DNA of 34,309 nucleotides from an uncultured bacterium (lineage in GTDB: Bacteria; Hydrogenedentota; Hydrogenedentia; Hydrogenedentales; JAEUWI01), in NCBI GenBank assembly GCA_963977445.1, contig CAXBPH010000043.1:1-34309 (forward strand), read 5' to 3'. This document shows, piece by piece, positions 8,422 through 17,896 of the stretch. The notes beneath the pieces are model-generated. The model searched no databases. It was given only the letters and a program-made list of their open reading frames with translations, and had not been told where the DNA came from. Position 1 is the first letter of the stretch. Every line of letters starts with the position of its first letter. Position numbers and translations under genes: made by a program.

Positions 8422-11400
8422 ATGTCCGTGCAATTTCGACTGATGTTCTTAGTTCCGCTACTGATCATGTTCGCGGGTTGTCCCGTGACGGTCACATCCA
8501 ATTCTCTATTCACCATGCGGGTAACACCGGCAGCGATTACGCTTGGTCTTGGCGAATCCCAGCGATTGACGGCCACTTCCACCGATCCTGATGATACGTT
8601 TTCCTGGACGTCCAACGCGCCGGGCGTAGCTGCGGTCAGCGCAAGTGGACTCGTCACAGCCGTTTCGGAGGGAAACGCCACCATCACCGTGGTCGGCACT
8701 CACAGCCAACTGAGTAAGTCGGTTCCGGTCGCCGTGCCGGGCGTGCTCACCGTGGTTCCTGCCGCAGTAGTGCTCCGACCCAACCGCATCGCGCTGATTG
8801 ACGCCCGATCCACAACACCCGGTGACACCGTAGTCTGGAGCTCCGAGAACCCTGATATTGCGAAAGTCGACGCCAGTGGTATCGTTACGGGCGTGTCTGA
8901 GGGGCAGACGATTATCGAGGCTGTGGGTACGGCAAGTAAGGCCAAAAGCAATGCAACCGTACAAGTCCTCGGTAGCTCGTCAATCAATATAGACGTTACG
9001 CCCGCCGAAGTTGTTTTACAGCCAAAGGAATCTACCACGCTTTCTGCCACCTCATCCGATGCACTGGATGAAATTGTCTGGTCCTCTTCTAATCCCGGTG
9101 TAGCACTTGTAGATGCGGACGGTTTGTTGACTGCAATTGCCGACGGTACAACCAGTATCACAGCCATCGGCACCCACAGCATAGGAACAGGCACCGCGTT
9201 TGTCACAGTCCTCACCCAGTCCAATGGTGAAATTGTGATAACCCCGGAACTTGCCGTGTTGAGGCCGACGCAGTCACTCGATCTGACAGCGACCTCTGCC
9301 GACGTTTCGGATCTTTTCGCTTGGACTTCGTCGGATACGAGTGTGGTATCCATTACACCTGCTGGCCGCGTTATCGCCATAGCGGAAGGTGAATCAACAA
9401 TCTCCGTGGTGGGAACAAGCAGTCGTGCTGAAAGCGTTGCTACCGTCACGGTTGCGGGCGTTCCACCGGCGACATTAACCGTTACTCCCCAACGCATCCT
9501 GGTGCGACCCGGGCGTAACGCACTGCTCTCAGCCACCTCGTCCGATAGTGAAGATGCCTTCGAATGGACTTCGTCCGACACTTCACTTGCCACCGTAAAC
9601 AGTAATGGTATCGTCACTGGAATCGCTGAAGGCGAAGTTGCCATAATCGCGACCGGAACCCATAGCAGAGATTTCACGGAGAGTCGCGTAACCGTTTCAG
9701 GAATGCCACCGGCGGACATTACGCTGACCCCAGTCGAGTTCGAACTGGAACCGACCCAATCGACTACGCTCACTGCCGCTTCCACCAATGCAAATGATTC
9801 TTTTACATGGTTTTCCTCTGACAATCGATATGCAATTGTTGATGACAATGGGAAAGTCACCGCCATTTCAGAAGGTCAATCCACCATAGGCGTGCGGGGC
9901 ACCATTAGCGGAAATGTAGGTACCGCTGCCGTTCGCGTGACCGGCGTGCCTCCTGCCGAAGTGGTACTGTCTTCCTCGCAATTGATTCTGCTCACAGGCC
10001 GCTCATCGAAACTATCCGCAACATCGAGCGATCCCGAAGATTCCTTTACTTGGATTTCCTCAGACGTCGCGATCGCTTCCGTTGACCAGAACGGATTGGT
10101 CAACGCAGTTTCTGGAGGCCAGGCATCCATCACCGCGACCGGAAGCAATAGCAAGAAATCGGGTACGGCGCTGGTAACCGTTATCGACATGCCATTGGCG
10201 AGCATCACGGTAAGTCCGGCAGAGATGGTGCTGCGTCCGACCCAACGAGGAACGCTCCAGGCAGTCTCCAGCGACATCGAAGACACCTTCAGTTGGTCTA
10301 CTTCTGATATGAACATCGCTACCGTAGACGAACTCGGAATCGTAACGGGCATTGCAGATGGCCAGGCCACCATCGTTGCCAAAGGCAGTCATAGCGGGGC
10401 CACACGCACCGTAGCGGTAACGGTGGTCGGTAAAATTGCGACTGATATCACCGTGGCTCCAGACGAGTTGGTGCTTCGACCAACCTTTACTGCGACCTTG
10501 GAAGCGACCTCGACGGATCCGGATGACACCTTCACATGGACTTCCTCCGACGACACTGTGGCCAGCGTGAACGCAAGCGGTACGGTGACTGCTGTGGCCG
10601 AAGGTGCCGCGACAATTACAGCTACCGGGAGCGCCAGCGCGAATACAGGGACGACACTGGTTACGGTAGCCGGCGACCCACCCACAACGATTACGCTGAG
10701 TCCTGCCGAGATAGCTCTTCGACCATCTCAGACGGCAACGCTCGAAGCCACCTCAACCGACCTGGAAGACACCTTTACGTGGTCCAGCTCGGGGACTTCC
10801 GTCGCGACTGTTGATTCCGATGGTACGGTAACGGCCTTGTCTGCAGGCCAGACCATAATAGTCGCCAAAGGCAGCCATAGTGCAACGACAGGGGTCGCCA
10901 CCGTAACGGTGTCGGGCGCGACGTCTGTTGTGGTAAATCTGACACCGACCCAAGTCGTGTTGCGTCCGCTAAAGACCGCAACGCTCGTGGCATCTTCTAC
11001 CGACACGGAAGACTCATTCACCTGGTCGAGTTCCGACAACACTATCGCGACCGTGGATAGCAATGGACTCGTAGCAGCCATTGCCGAAGGCCAAACCACC
11101 GTCACCGCGACCGGTAGCCACAGCGGTGCCACGGATACCACGTTGGTAACGGTGTCGGGCGCACCACTCGCAGAGATCACCATAAGCCCGGCCGAATTTT
11201 CTCTCCACCCGACAGAAATGACCACGCTGCTCGCAACATCAACGGATCCGGCCGATGTATTTCAATGGTCCACCTCCGACAGTAGAGTCGCAACTGTTGA
11301 CGTGAATGGAACGGTTACGGTAACCGCTGTCGCCGTGGGCCAGGCCACCATCCTCGTCAAAGGAAATCACAGCGGAGCCTTGGCTACCGCCTCAATCGAC

Positions 11401-14400
11401 ATTACGGACCGTCCTCCCGCGACGGTTACTGTTACACCTCGACAGTTTTCGCTGCGGGCGACGTTGTCCGCGCCATTGGTAGCTACGTCGTCTGAAAGTG
11501 GAGATGGGTTTATTTGGGCATCCTCTAATTCGACGATAGCGACCATTGATACGATGGGAAACCTTACGGCAATAAATGAAGGTGTTGTAACCGTTACCGC
11601 AACGGGTACACTCAGTCAAAGCGTAGGCACATCCACCGTTACGGTTACACCGGCGGACCGCACAAAAGTCAACATAACGCCGACCCTGGTTGTACTGCGT
11701 ACAGCTCAACAAACCACATTCAATGCAACCTCCACCGACCTTCAGGACACATTTGCCTGGTCATCTTTGGATAGTCGTATTGTTACTATCGATGCCAGCG
11801 GAAAGGCAACCGCCATCGTCCCGGGCGAAACGATGATTATGGCAGTTGCTAGCGTGAGCGGCGTCTCCAGTACGGCCAATATTTCGGTCACTGCGGCGCC
11901 AGCAACGAACATTGAACTTAGTCCCGCTATTGTCTCGCTCCAACCCACTCAAACAACCACCCTTATCGCGACGTCAACAAACGTTGAAGACACCTTCACG
12001 TGGTCTTCCTCGAATAGAAATGTTGCCACGATCAGTGCAACCGGAATTGTCTCCGCTATTGCGCCTGGCGAAACCACAATTACTGCCAAAGGAATTATCA
12101 GTGCAGTTACCGGCAACGCGATAGTTACTGTAGCGGGAGAAGCTCCCGTGGGACTAAGTGTCCTTCCGGCCGCATCCACCGTACATGCCGGCGAGATTAC
12201 TAAACTTTCCGCTGTATCTTCCGACCCCGCAGATCTTTTTACCTGGATGTCTTCGAATCCGGCCGTCGCAACCATCTCTCCCGACGGTACCGTCGTTGGC
12301 GTAAAGGAAGGCGCTGCAACAATGACTGCCCGAGGCACCAACAGTAGCGTGTCAAGTACAGGCACCGTCACCGTTCTACCTCGAATCGTCGCAAGAATTG
12401 ACATCACTCCCGTAGAAACGGTACTTCGCGTCGGCGAACGCATTACGCTCGGGGCGACCTCCAGTGATGAAGACGATAGTACATTCACATGGTCCTCCAA
12501 CGATACAAGCAGGGCAATCGTTTCCATTGATGGCACAGTGACTGCTATTGGTATCGGAGAGGTGCGAGTTACAGCAGTCGGCAATTCCAGTGGCGACTCC
12601 GGAAGTTCCCGCGTAACCGTGAATGCCGCCGATGTTACGATAAGCTCTTCAAAAAAGCCCCTTCAGGTTGGCGATTCCGAAATATTTGTGGCCCGGTCTA
12701 CGGACCCCAAAGACAAATCGTTTACATGGAGCTCCTCAAACACCCAGATTGCCGATGTTTCCGCAGGCGGCTCGGTGCTGGCGAAAGCCGCTGGGAAGGT
12801 CACCATCCGCGCTCAGGGAACGACAAGCGGAAGCGCCGGACTTGTTGAGTTAGATATCGTTCCCGCCGACGCCAGCTTGTTGCTGTGGAACGGTGAACGG
12901 GGATATGACGGAGTAAATGGCCAACTGAATAGCACAGAAACCTTTCGTGGCATTGGATGCATGGAAGCAATTCCCCTGAACTCCAATCCGCCAACTACGA
13001 CCTTCCTGGGCTACCCCGGCGAACGGGCAGACATATCTTTCTATGATGAAATTTGGTTTTTCATCAAGGCAGATATGACAGGTCGTTCTACGGATTTCCA
13101 GATTCGAAGTTTTAAAGGTCAAAGTAAGCGCGTCAATATTGACGGCTATATCGAAGGGGGAAAACTGGACCTTCAATACCGACTTGTCCGAATTCCCATT
13201 TCCGATCTGAAGACGGAGACGTTTTCGCTGAATCTCGTGGAGAACATTATATGGGGTCCTGCAATTCCTTCCCAGGGGCACCATTTCTTCGTTGATGAAA
13301 TCTGGGCCGTATCGCTGGCAGATTCTGGAGGTGGGGGTGCCCCGCTCATGGGGATGGTACAACCCGTTAATTTTGGCGATGTCGTCGTTGGGGGTACCTC
13401 CGCAAGAGAAGTGACGTTGACAAACGTTGGCTTTGGCCCGCTCACCGTGGCAGGCCTGACGATAACGGGTTCCAACAAAAATGAGTTTTCCGTTTCTGAT
13501 GAGCCCACTACGATTGGTGCCGGAGCCTCATCCAACTTCGTAGTTAATTTCAACCCACAATCGGTGCTGTCAAAGGGGGTCGGCGACAAGAGCGCTGAAT
13601 TGATTGTGGCTCACAGCCATACACCCATGGGGGGCTCCATTTCACTCCCCTTGTTTGGTCGAGCTATATCACCCGCAATTTCTTTGTCAAAAACGGCATT
13701 GAATTTTGGCGAGGTACCGGTGGGCCAGAACTCTACGTCCCGTTTCTATGTGGAAAATCCCGGAAACGCGCCTCTGACAGTCAATTCCATCACCACATTT
13801 AACCAGACCTACGCGTTCAGTCCCACCGCGTTCACAGTCGCTGGCGGCGGGCGCCAACTGGTCACCGTCACCTTCGCGCCTGCTGTTGAGGGCGGCGTTC
13901 CCGACACGGCGACGGTAACCTCCAATGCGGTAGGCGCCGGCGCGCGGTCACTCAAACTCACTGCGTCTGGTATTGGGGCCGGATTTCCAGGCACGCTGTC
14001 TGTCTCACCAACCGACATTACCTCCTCAGGAGTCACGCTGGAGTGGCCAACAATTACCGGGGCAACTTCTGTCGCTGTTTATTTGGGCCCCGAACCCTCA
14101 TCCACACCGGATTTACCACTCCCCGGGCAGCGATTGATGGCAACGCTTGGTGGCAGCGCTACTGAATATAGAATTACCAATCTCGCCCCGGACGTACATA
14201 ATTTCTTCCACGTGGAACTACGAAACAGCGAGGGTATCGTATTCTTCCAAGGGAATACTTATGCGCGCACGCCGGGCGGTCCCAAGGCCACACTTGATAC
14301 TGCAGTTCGGGAAGTCCATTTGATCGCACCCGACATTCTGCAGATTGTCTTTGCCAACATTCAGGTTCACTCTTATTCCAGTCGCAGCGATGTGAGCGAT

Positions 14401-16626
14401 GGCGGTATAGAAGAAATCGTTGGCGACATAGGAGCCGAACTGGAAAACGCCACGTGGACGATCCAGCGTGGCGACGGTTCTCCCATAGGTATTGAGGCGC
14501 TCCATCGTCAATCCTATCCCGTCGGTACCCCCTATATAGGAAATGGAGATGATTCAACCGGCGCTCACCTGAACCTTCATGACGTGGACCATTTTCTCTA
14601 TTTTATGTTGGATCAACCTATAGGCAGTCGTGAGTTCCTGACGGTCACCGGCCCGGTAATCACACGACAGGTCGTGGGCTTGTTTCACGATATTACCGAA
14701 AAAACGGTGACGACCTCGTTCTTGTTGCCCTTCAGCGACAAATACCTGGAAACGCCGGTCATTCAACTTAACCAGATGGGCTACTCCCCCGTAGCCACCG
14801 AGCGTTACGCCTATGTTTCCGCCTACCTGGGTGATGGCGGTCCCATGAGTTTCTCGGGCTATCCCACAACGGCCCGCGTCTACAACGACCCGGCAAATCC
14901 GCTTGACGTACGTACTCCTGTGGGTGCTTCCATTCCAATTGCTGTTCGGGCAAATCCCGACAATGTTTTGGACCCCAATTTCATTGATGTCGATGCAGGA
15001 ACCTATGTGCGGGAGATCGATCTTTCTGCCGTACCACCTGCGGAAGGTGTTGTATACCGGGTACATATTCCCGGGGTCGGCGTTTCGTGGCCCACACAGG
15101 TGAGCGAGACGTCCGTATTCCGCTCCTTCTACCTCACTTCTCGATTCCTCACCCATACCCGATGGGGTCGTGAATTGTCTCTCGATTGGACAGAGTGGGC
15201 ACCACGTCCGCCCGATCACCCGACCGTTTTCACTTCAGACCTCGATTCGAGCGTCGTAAAGTTCTTTCCCATAGACACACCGAAAGTAGGCCAGCGCCTT
15301 GTCGCTGGTGGCCATCATGATGCCGCAGATTTCGATATCAATTATGCACACACACAACATTCATTGAATCTGCTGCGCCTCTTAGAGCTCCGTCCTGACG
15401 TCTTTCTTGATGGGCAAATGACGATTCCGGAAAGTGGCAATGGCATCCCTGATTTGTTTGATGAAGTCCTCTACAACATGCGAATATGGGAGCAATTGCA
15501 GGAGTTGGACGGCGGTATCCGCCCTGGCTTTGAGTCTTTCGGACACCCCTCGTCGACTAACTTCGCCGATTTAGACATTTTGCCTTATTGGACCTATGCC
15601 CGGGAACCTTTCCATACAATGCGCTGTGCGGGACTATTTGCACAAGCGGCAACGCTGCTCAGGAATATAGCCCCCTTGAAATCCGCCGAATTCACCCTGC
15701 GCGCCGTGGCCGCCTATAACTGGGCTTTGGCCAACGGTGTTTCCGCCATGACCAAAGGGCCACCCATGTATGCCAGCGGTGAACTCTATCGGCTGACAGG
15801 GGAATCAAAGTATCGGAACTTATTCGAGCAGATCTATGATGCCAACGACAACTCTCCGGAGGGGCCAAGTGTTCACCCCTTCGCGCCGTGGGCAGGCTCC
15901 TGGTTCCTCCCTGACCAACCAATTCTACTGGAATATCCCATGGGGTACTTACTGAGCCAAGACCCTGCCGCATTTCGCGTGGAAGAATACACCAAGCGCT
16001 TCGATCGATACGCAAACGATGCCGTTAAAGCTGTCGCCACATTTCACGCCCATCGTAATGGACGAAACGCCAATCAGTCGCCCAATTTCGGGCAGGCAAC
16101 GGCTGTCGGAATCCATGTTCAGCGCATCTATGCCCGACTCCAAGTGGGTGATGTAGAAGCGGAAGACCTGCAGCGATACTATAATGCACTGAGTCTTTCT
16201 GCCGACTATGCTCTTGGCGGTAACCCTTTGGGGTTGGCTTGGTTTTCTGGGATGGGCAGTCGTAGCATTCTGGAACCTCAACATGCTGACTCACAGACTT
16301 TCCAGGGCATAGGGTTTCCCGTGCTACCTGGTATTGGAATTTATGGCCCTCGAAGTGGCTTGCCCAATACGGTCAACTATGATTTCGGACGCAAACTGTT
16401 TTATCCCACCTTCGAGGAATTACCACTGCTACGACGTTATGGCGACCTCAGTGCCTGGCCCGGAACCAACGAATATACCATCCAAGAGGTCCAGGTCCCC
16501 CATGTGCGACTTTTCGGTATGTTACTGGCCCCAGGAATGATGCCACCTGACACGTGGCTACCCGGTGGGGCGGAACACCGGAACACCTTGGCCCCACGGG
16601 AAGACGCAACAAGCAAAGCGCCCTGA
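8422..16626 (+). CDS. Giant lipoprotein (2734 aa): 18x Big_2 Ig-like, CBM-like beta-sandwich, 2x ASH/choice-of-anchor-D-like, Fn3-like, GH9 glycoside hydrolase
   Basis: AGGAG RBS; lipobox FAGC (Cys20). 18 repeats with WxS(S/D/N)..VATV..G.VTA. Two NFG(D/E)V.VG...N.G..PLTV domains. GH9 motifs LNQMGY, GGHHDAADFD, IPESGNGIPDLFDE, LGGNPLG, GMGSR...PQH, D...TNEYT. Confidence 0.9.
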   Translation: MSVQFRLMFLVPLLIMFAGCPVTVTSNSLFTMRVTPAAITLGLGESQRLTATSTDPDDTFSWTSNAPGVAAVSASGLVTAVSEGNATITVVGTHSQLSKSVPVAVPGVLTVVPAAVVLRPNRIALIDARSTTPGDTVVWSSENPDIAKVDASGIVTGVSEGQTIIEAVGTASKAKSNATVQVLGSSSINIDVTPAEVVLQPKESTTLSATSSDALDEIVWSSSNPGVALVDADGLLTAIADGTTSITAIGTHSIGTGTAFVTVLTQSNGEIVITPELAVLRPTQSLDLTATSADVSDLFAWTSSDTSVVSITPAGRVIAIAEGESTISVVGTSSRAESVATVTVAGVPPATLTVTPQRILVRPGRNALLSATSSDSEDAFEWTSSDTSLATVNSNGIVTGIAEGEVAIIATGTHSRDFTESRVTVSGMPPADITLTPVEFELEPTQSTTLTAASTNANDSFTWFSSDNRYAIVDDNGKVTAISEGQSTIGVRGTISGNVGTAAVRVTGVPPAEVVLSSSQLILLTGRSSKLSATSSDPEDSFTWISSDVAIASVDQNGLVNAVSGGQASITATGSNSKKSGTALVTVIDMPLASITVSPAEMVLRPTQRGTLQAVSSDIEDTFSWSTSDMNIATVDELGIVTGIADGQATIVAKGSHSGATRTVAVTVVGKIATDITVAPDELVLRPTFTATLEATSTDPDDTFTWTSSDDTVASVNASGTVTAVAEGAATITATGSASANTGTTLVTVAGDPPTTITLSPAEIALRPSQTATLEATSTDLEDTFTWSSSGTSVATVDSDGTVTALSAGQTIIVAKGSHSATTGVATVTVSGATSVVVNLTPTQVVLRPLKTATLVASSTDTEDSFTWSSSDNTIATVDSNGLVAAIAEGQTTVTATGSHSGATDTTLVTVSGAPLAEITISPAEFSLHPTEMTTLLATSTDPADVFQWSTSDSRVATVDVNGTVTVTAVAVGQATILVKGNHSGALATASIDITDRPPATVTVTPRQFSLRATLSAPLVATSSESGDGFIWASSNSTIATIDTMGNLTAINEGVVTVTATGTLSQSVGTSTVTVTPADRTKVNITPTLVVLRTAQQTTFNATSTDLQDTFAWSSLDSRIVTIDASGKATAIVPGETMIMAVASVSGVSSTANISVTAAPATNIELSPAIVSLQPTQTTTLIATSTNVEDTFTWSSSNRNVATISATGIVSAIAPGETTITAKGIISAVTGNAIVTVAGEAPVGLSVLPAASTVHAGEITKLSAVSSDPADLFTWMSSNPAVATISPDGTVVGVKEGAATMTARGTNSSVSSTGTVTVLPRIVARIDITPVETVLRVGERITLGATSSDEDDSTFTWSSNDTSRAIVSIDGTVTAIGIGEVRVTAVGNSSGDSGSSRVTVNAADVTISSSKKPLQVGDSEIFVARSTDPKDKSFTWSSSNTQIADVSAGGSVLAKAAGKVTIRAQGTTSGSAGLVELDIVPADASLLLWNGERGYDGVNGQLNSTETFRGIGCMEAIPLNSNPPTTTFLGYPGERADISFYDEIWFFIKADMTGRSTDFQIRSFKGQSKRVNIDGYIEGGKLDLQYRLVRIPISDLKTETFSLNLVENIIWGPAIPSQGHHFFVDEIWAVSLADSGGGGAPLMGMVQPVNFGDVVVGGTSAREVTLTNVGFGPLTVAGLTITGSNKNEFSVSDEPTTIGAGASSNFVVNFNPQSVLSKGVGDKSAELIVAHSHTPMGGSISLPLFGRAISPAISLSKTALNFGEVPVGQNSTSRFYVENPGNAPLTVNSITTFNQTYAFSPTAFTVAGGGRQLVTVTFAPAVEGGVPDTATVTSNAVGAGARSLKLTASGIGAGFPGTLSVSPTDITSSGVTLEWPTITGATSVAVYLGPEPSSTPDLPLPGQRLMATLGGSATEYRITNLAPDVHNFFHVELRNSEGIVFFQGNTYARTPGGPKATLDTAVREVHLIAPDILQIVFANIQVHSYSSRSDVSDGGIEEIVGDIGAELENATWTIQRGDGSPIGIEALHRQSYPVGTPYIGNGDDSTGAHLNLHDVDHFLYFMLDQPIGSREFLTVTGPVITRQVVGLFHDITEKTVTTSFLLPFSDKYLETPVIQLNQMGYSPVATERYAYVSAYLGDGGPMSFSGYPTTARVYNDPANPLDVRTPVGASIPIAVRANPDNVLDPNFIDVDAGTYVREIDLSAVPPAEGVVYRVHIPGVGVSWPTQVSETSVFRSFYLTSRFLTHTRWGRELSLDWTEWAPRPPDHPTVFTSDLDSSVVKFFPIDTPKVGQRLVAGGHHDAADFDINYAHTQHSLNLLRLLELRPDVFLDGQMTIPESGNGIPDLFDEVLYNMRIWEQLQELDGGIRPGFESFGHPSSTNFADLDILPYWTYAREPFHTMRCAGLFAQAATLLRNIAPLKSAEFTLRAVAAYNWALANGVSAMTKGPPMYASGELYRLTGESKYRNLFEQIYDANDNSPEGPSVHPFAPWAGSWFLPDQPILLEYPMGYLLSQDPAAFRVEEYTKRFDRYANDAVKAVATFHAHRNGRNANQSPNFGQATAVGIHVQRIYARLQVGDVEAEDLQRYYNALSLSADYALGGNPLGLAWFSGMGSRSILEPQHADSQTFQGIGFPVLPGIGIYGPRSGLPNTVNYDFGRKLFYPTFEELPLLRRYGDLSAWPGTNEYTIQEVQVPHVRLFGMLLAPGMMPPDTWLPGGAEHRNTLAPREDATSKAP
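8515..12860 (+). repeat. 18 tandem ~81-aa Big_2 coding repeats, diverged at DNA level
   Basis: Counted 18 copies of the F/I/V-x-W-x-S core, from FSWTSNAP to FTWSSSNT, at ~243-bp period. Boundaries approximate. Confidence 0.88.
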
Positions 16627-16642
16627 GCACTTTCATAGCTAT

Positions 16643-16689
16643 AAAAAGAATCGGCACCGTTTCCTGACTCGTAGAAACGGTGCCGTTTT
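16643..16689. terminator. Bidirectional intrinsic terminator between the giant gene and the polysaccharide locus
   Basis: AAAAAG..CGGCACCGTTTC-10 nt loop-GAAACGGTGCCG-TTTT: 12-bp stem with an A-tract on the left and a T-tract on the right. Confidence 0.8.
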
Positions 16690-16739
16690 GTATTACTGCT
16701 TACCTGATTATCGCAGGAGCGGGCCGGATTGGCCTGAAA

Positions 16740-17588
16740 CTACTGCAAATCTTTCAGGAGAGAGCGATATTGTGTCGGGGTAATTCCCGCTTTCGATGAA
16801 ATCATAATAGAAACATGACTATCATCTACTTTCCCGAGAAACTCACGGAGCTGCTCTTCCGATAATGCTTCCGTTCCCCAGTAGGTATGGCACGGATTAC
16901 AATCATCATAGTAGTGACCGGAATTCTCTTCCCCCAGGACCTTATCGATATACACGCCATAGAGGACATACTCCGATAGATGCCAACGGGAGCAAATCGT
17001 TTCCTGCCACCCCTTCCCGGATTTTTCGGATATATGCTTATACATGTGCAACACGTTTTCCCGACGCCACGGAATCAGATTGCCGATATAAGAAGCGCCA
17101 AAATAGTCCTGTTCTCCCAGCCCAAGCACGCTGCCGGCGGTCTTATGCCACTCCGTATGGGTAGTCGGGTTGGCGTCAGGCACCCGAAAGAGCCGAACTT
17201 TTCCATCTTTTACCCAATCTTTGGGGTCGAAGGGGCGAAAGAAGGCCACATCAGCATCAATGAAAATAAGTACGTCATCTTCCACCGATTGCGACAGACT
17301 GAGTTTGACAATTTGCTGGAGAAACCAATTGCGCAATGGAACCGATTTCAGGCTGAGCCACCATCGCCGCGCTTTGGGAACGCGCATAATCCACCAAGGT
17401 AGAATATCTTCTACCTGCAGCACTTTTCGTCTACCCGTGTTCAGGTGCGCAAAGTGGTCGTAGTCACGCTTGTCCACGATCACATAGTGTGTGACGTGTT
17501 CTGCGACAAAGTTATCGACGGTTTCAATCAATAATTCCCCGCGCTCAATATCAGCGCGACAGCACATGGTTACTAGAGCGAATTTCAT
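16740..17588 (-). CDS. DUF6492-like protein, probable GT-A-fold glycosyltransferase
   Basis: WFLQQIVKL motif, DxD (FIDADVAFFRPF) and SEYVLYG; located in the polysaccharide locus. Confidence 0.7.
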   Translation of the reverse strand: MKFALVTMCCRADIERGELLIETVDNFVAEHVTHYVIVDKRDYDHFAHLNTGRRKVLQVEDILPWWIMRVPKARRWWLSLKSVPLRNWFLQQIVKLSLSQSVEDDVLIFIDADVAFFRPFDPKDWVKDGKVRLFRVPDANPTTHTEWHKTAGSVLGLGEQDYFGASYIGNLIPWRRENVLHMYKHISEKSGKGWQETICSRWHLSEYVLYGVYIDKVLGEENSGHYYDDCNPCHTYWGTEALSEEQLREFLGKVDDSHVSIMISSKAGITPTQYRSLLKDLQ

Positions 17589-17896
17589 AGCAGCCTTTCA
17601 AAAGTAGCGAACAGGTTCGACTACCGTTGTCATAATCCCGAACTGGGCAATTCTCGAAGGTACCGCGAACACATTATGGTGCTCCTGGAGCTCGGCACTA
17701 TCCTCTGGTTTAGCAGCAAAGACTATTCTTGAAACTGGAAAGTACCAACTCCTCATTATTCGGTGCCGGTATTCGCTGCGCTTAACGAAACACGCAGACC
17801 AATCTGTGTTTCGACAACAACGTTCTTCAAACGAATCTTTCGCCAAATACGACTTGTCATCAATTAGCTATCTAGCGCCCGATAGAAAAGCCTACA

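Noticed and set aside
8506..14036. Many minus-strand ORFs opposite the giant gene
   Set aside because: Antisense mirrors of Thr/Val/Ser-rich repeats.
17598..17846. 82-aa ORF between the DUF6492-like gene and the pyruvyl transferase
   Set aside because: TTG start, no clear RBS or motif; cannot be supported, though not excluded.
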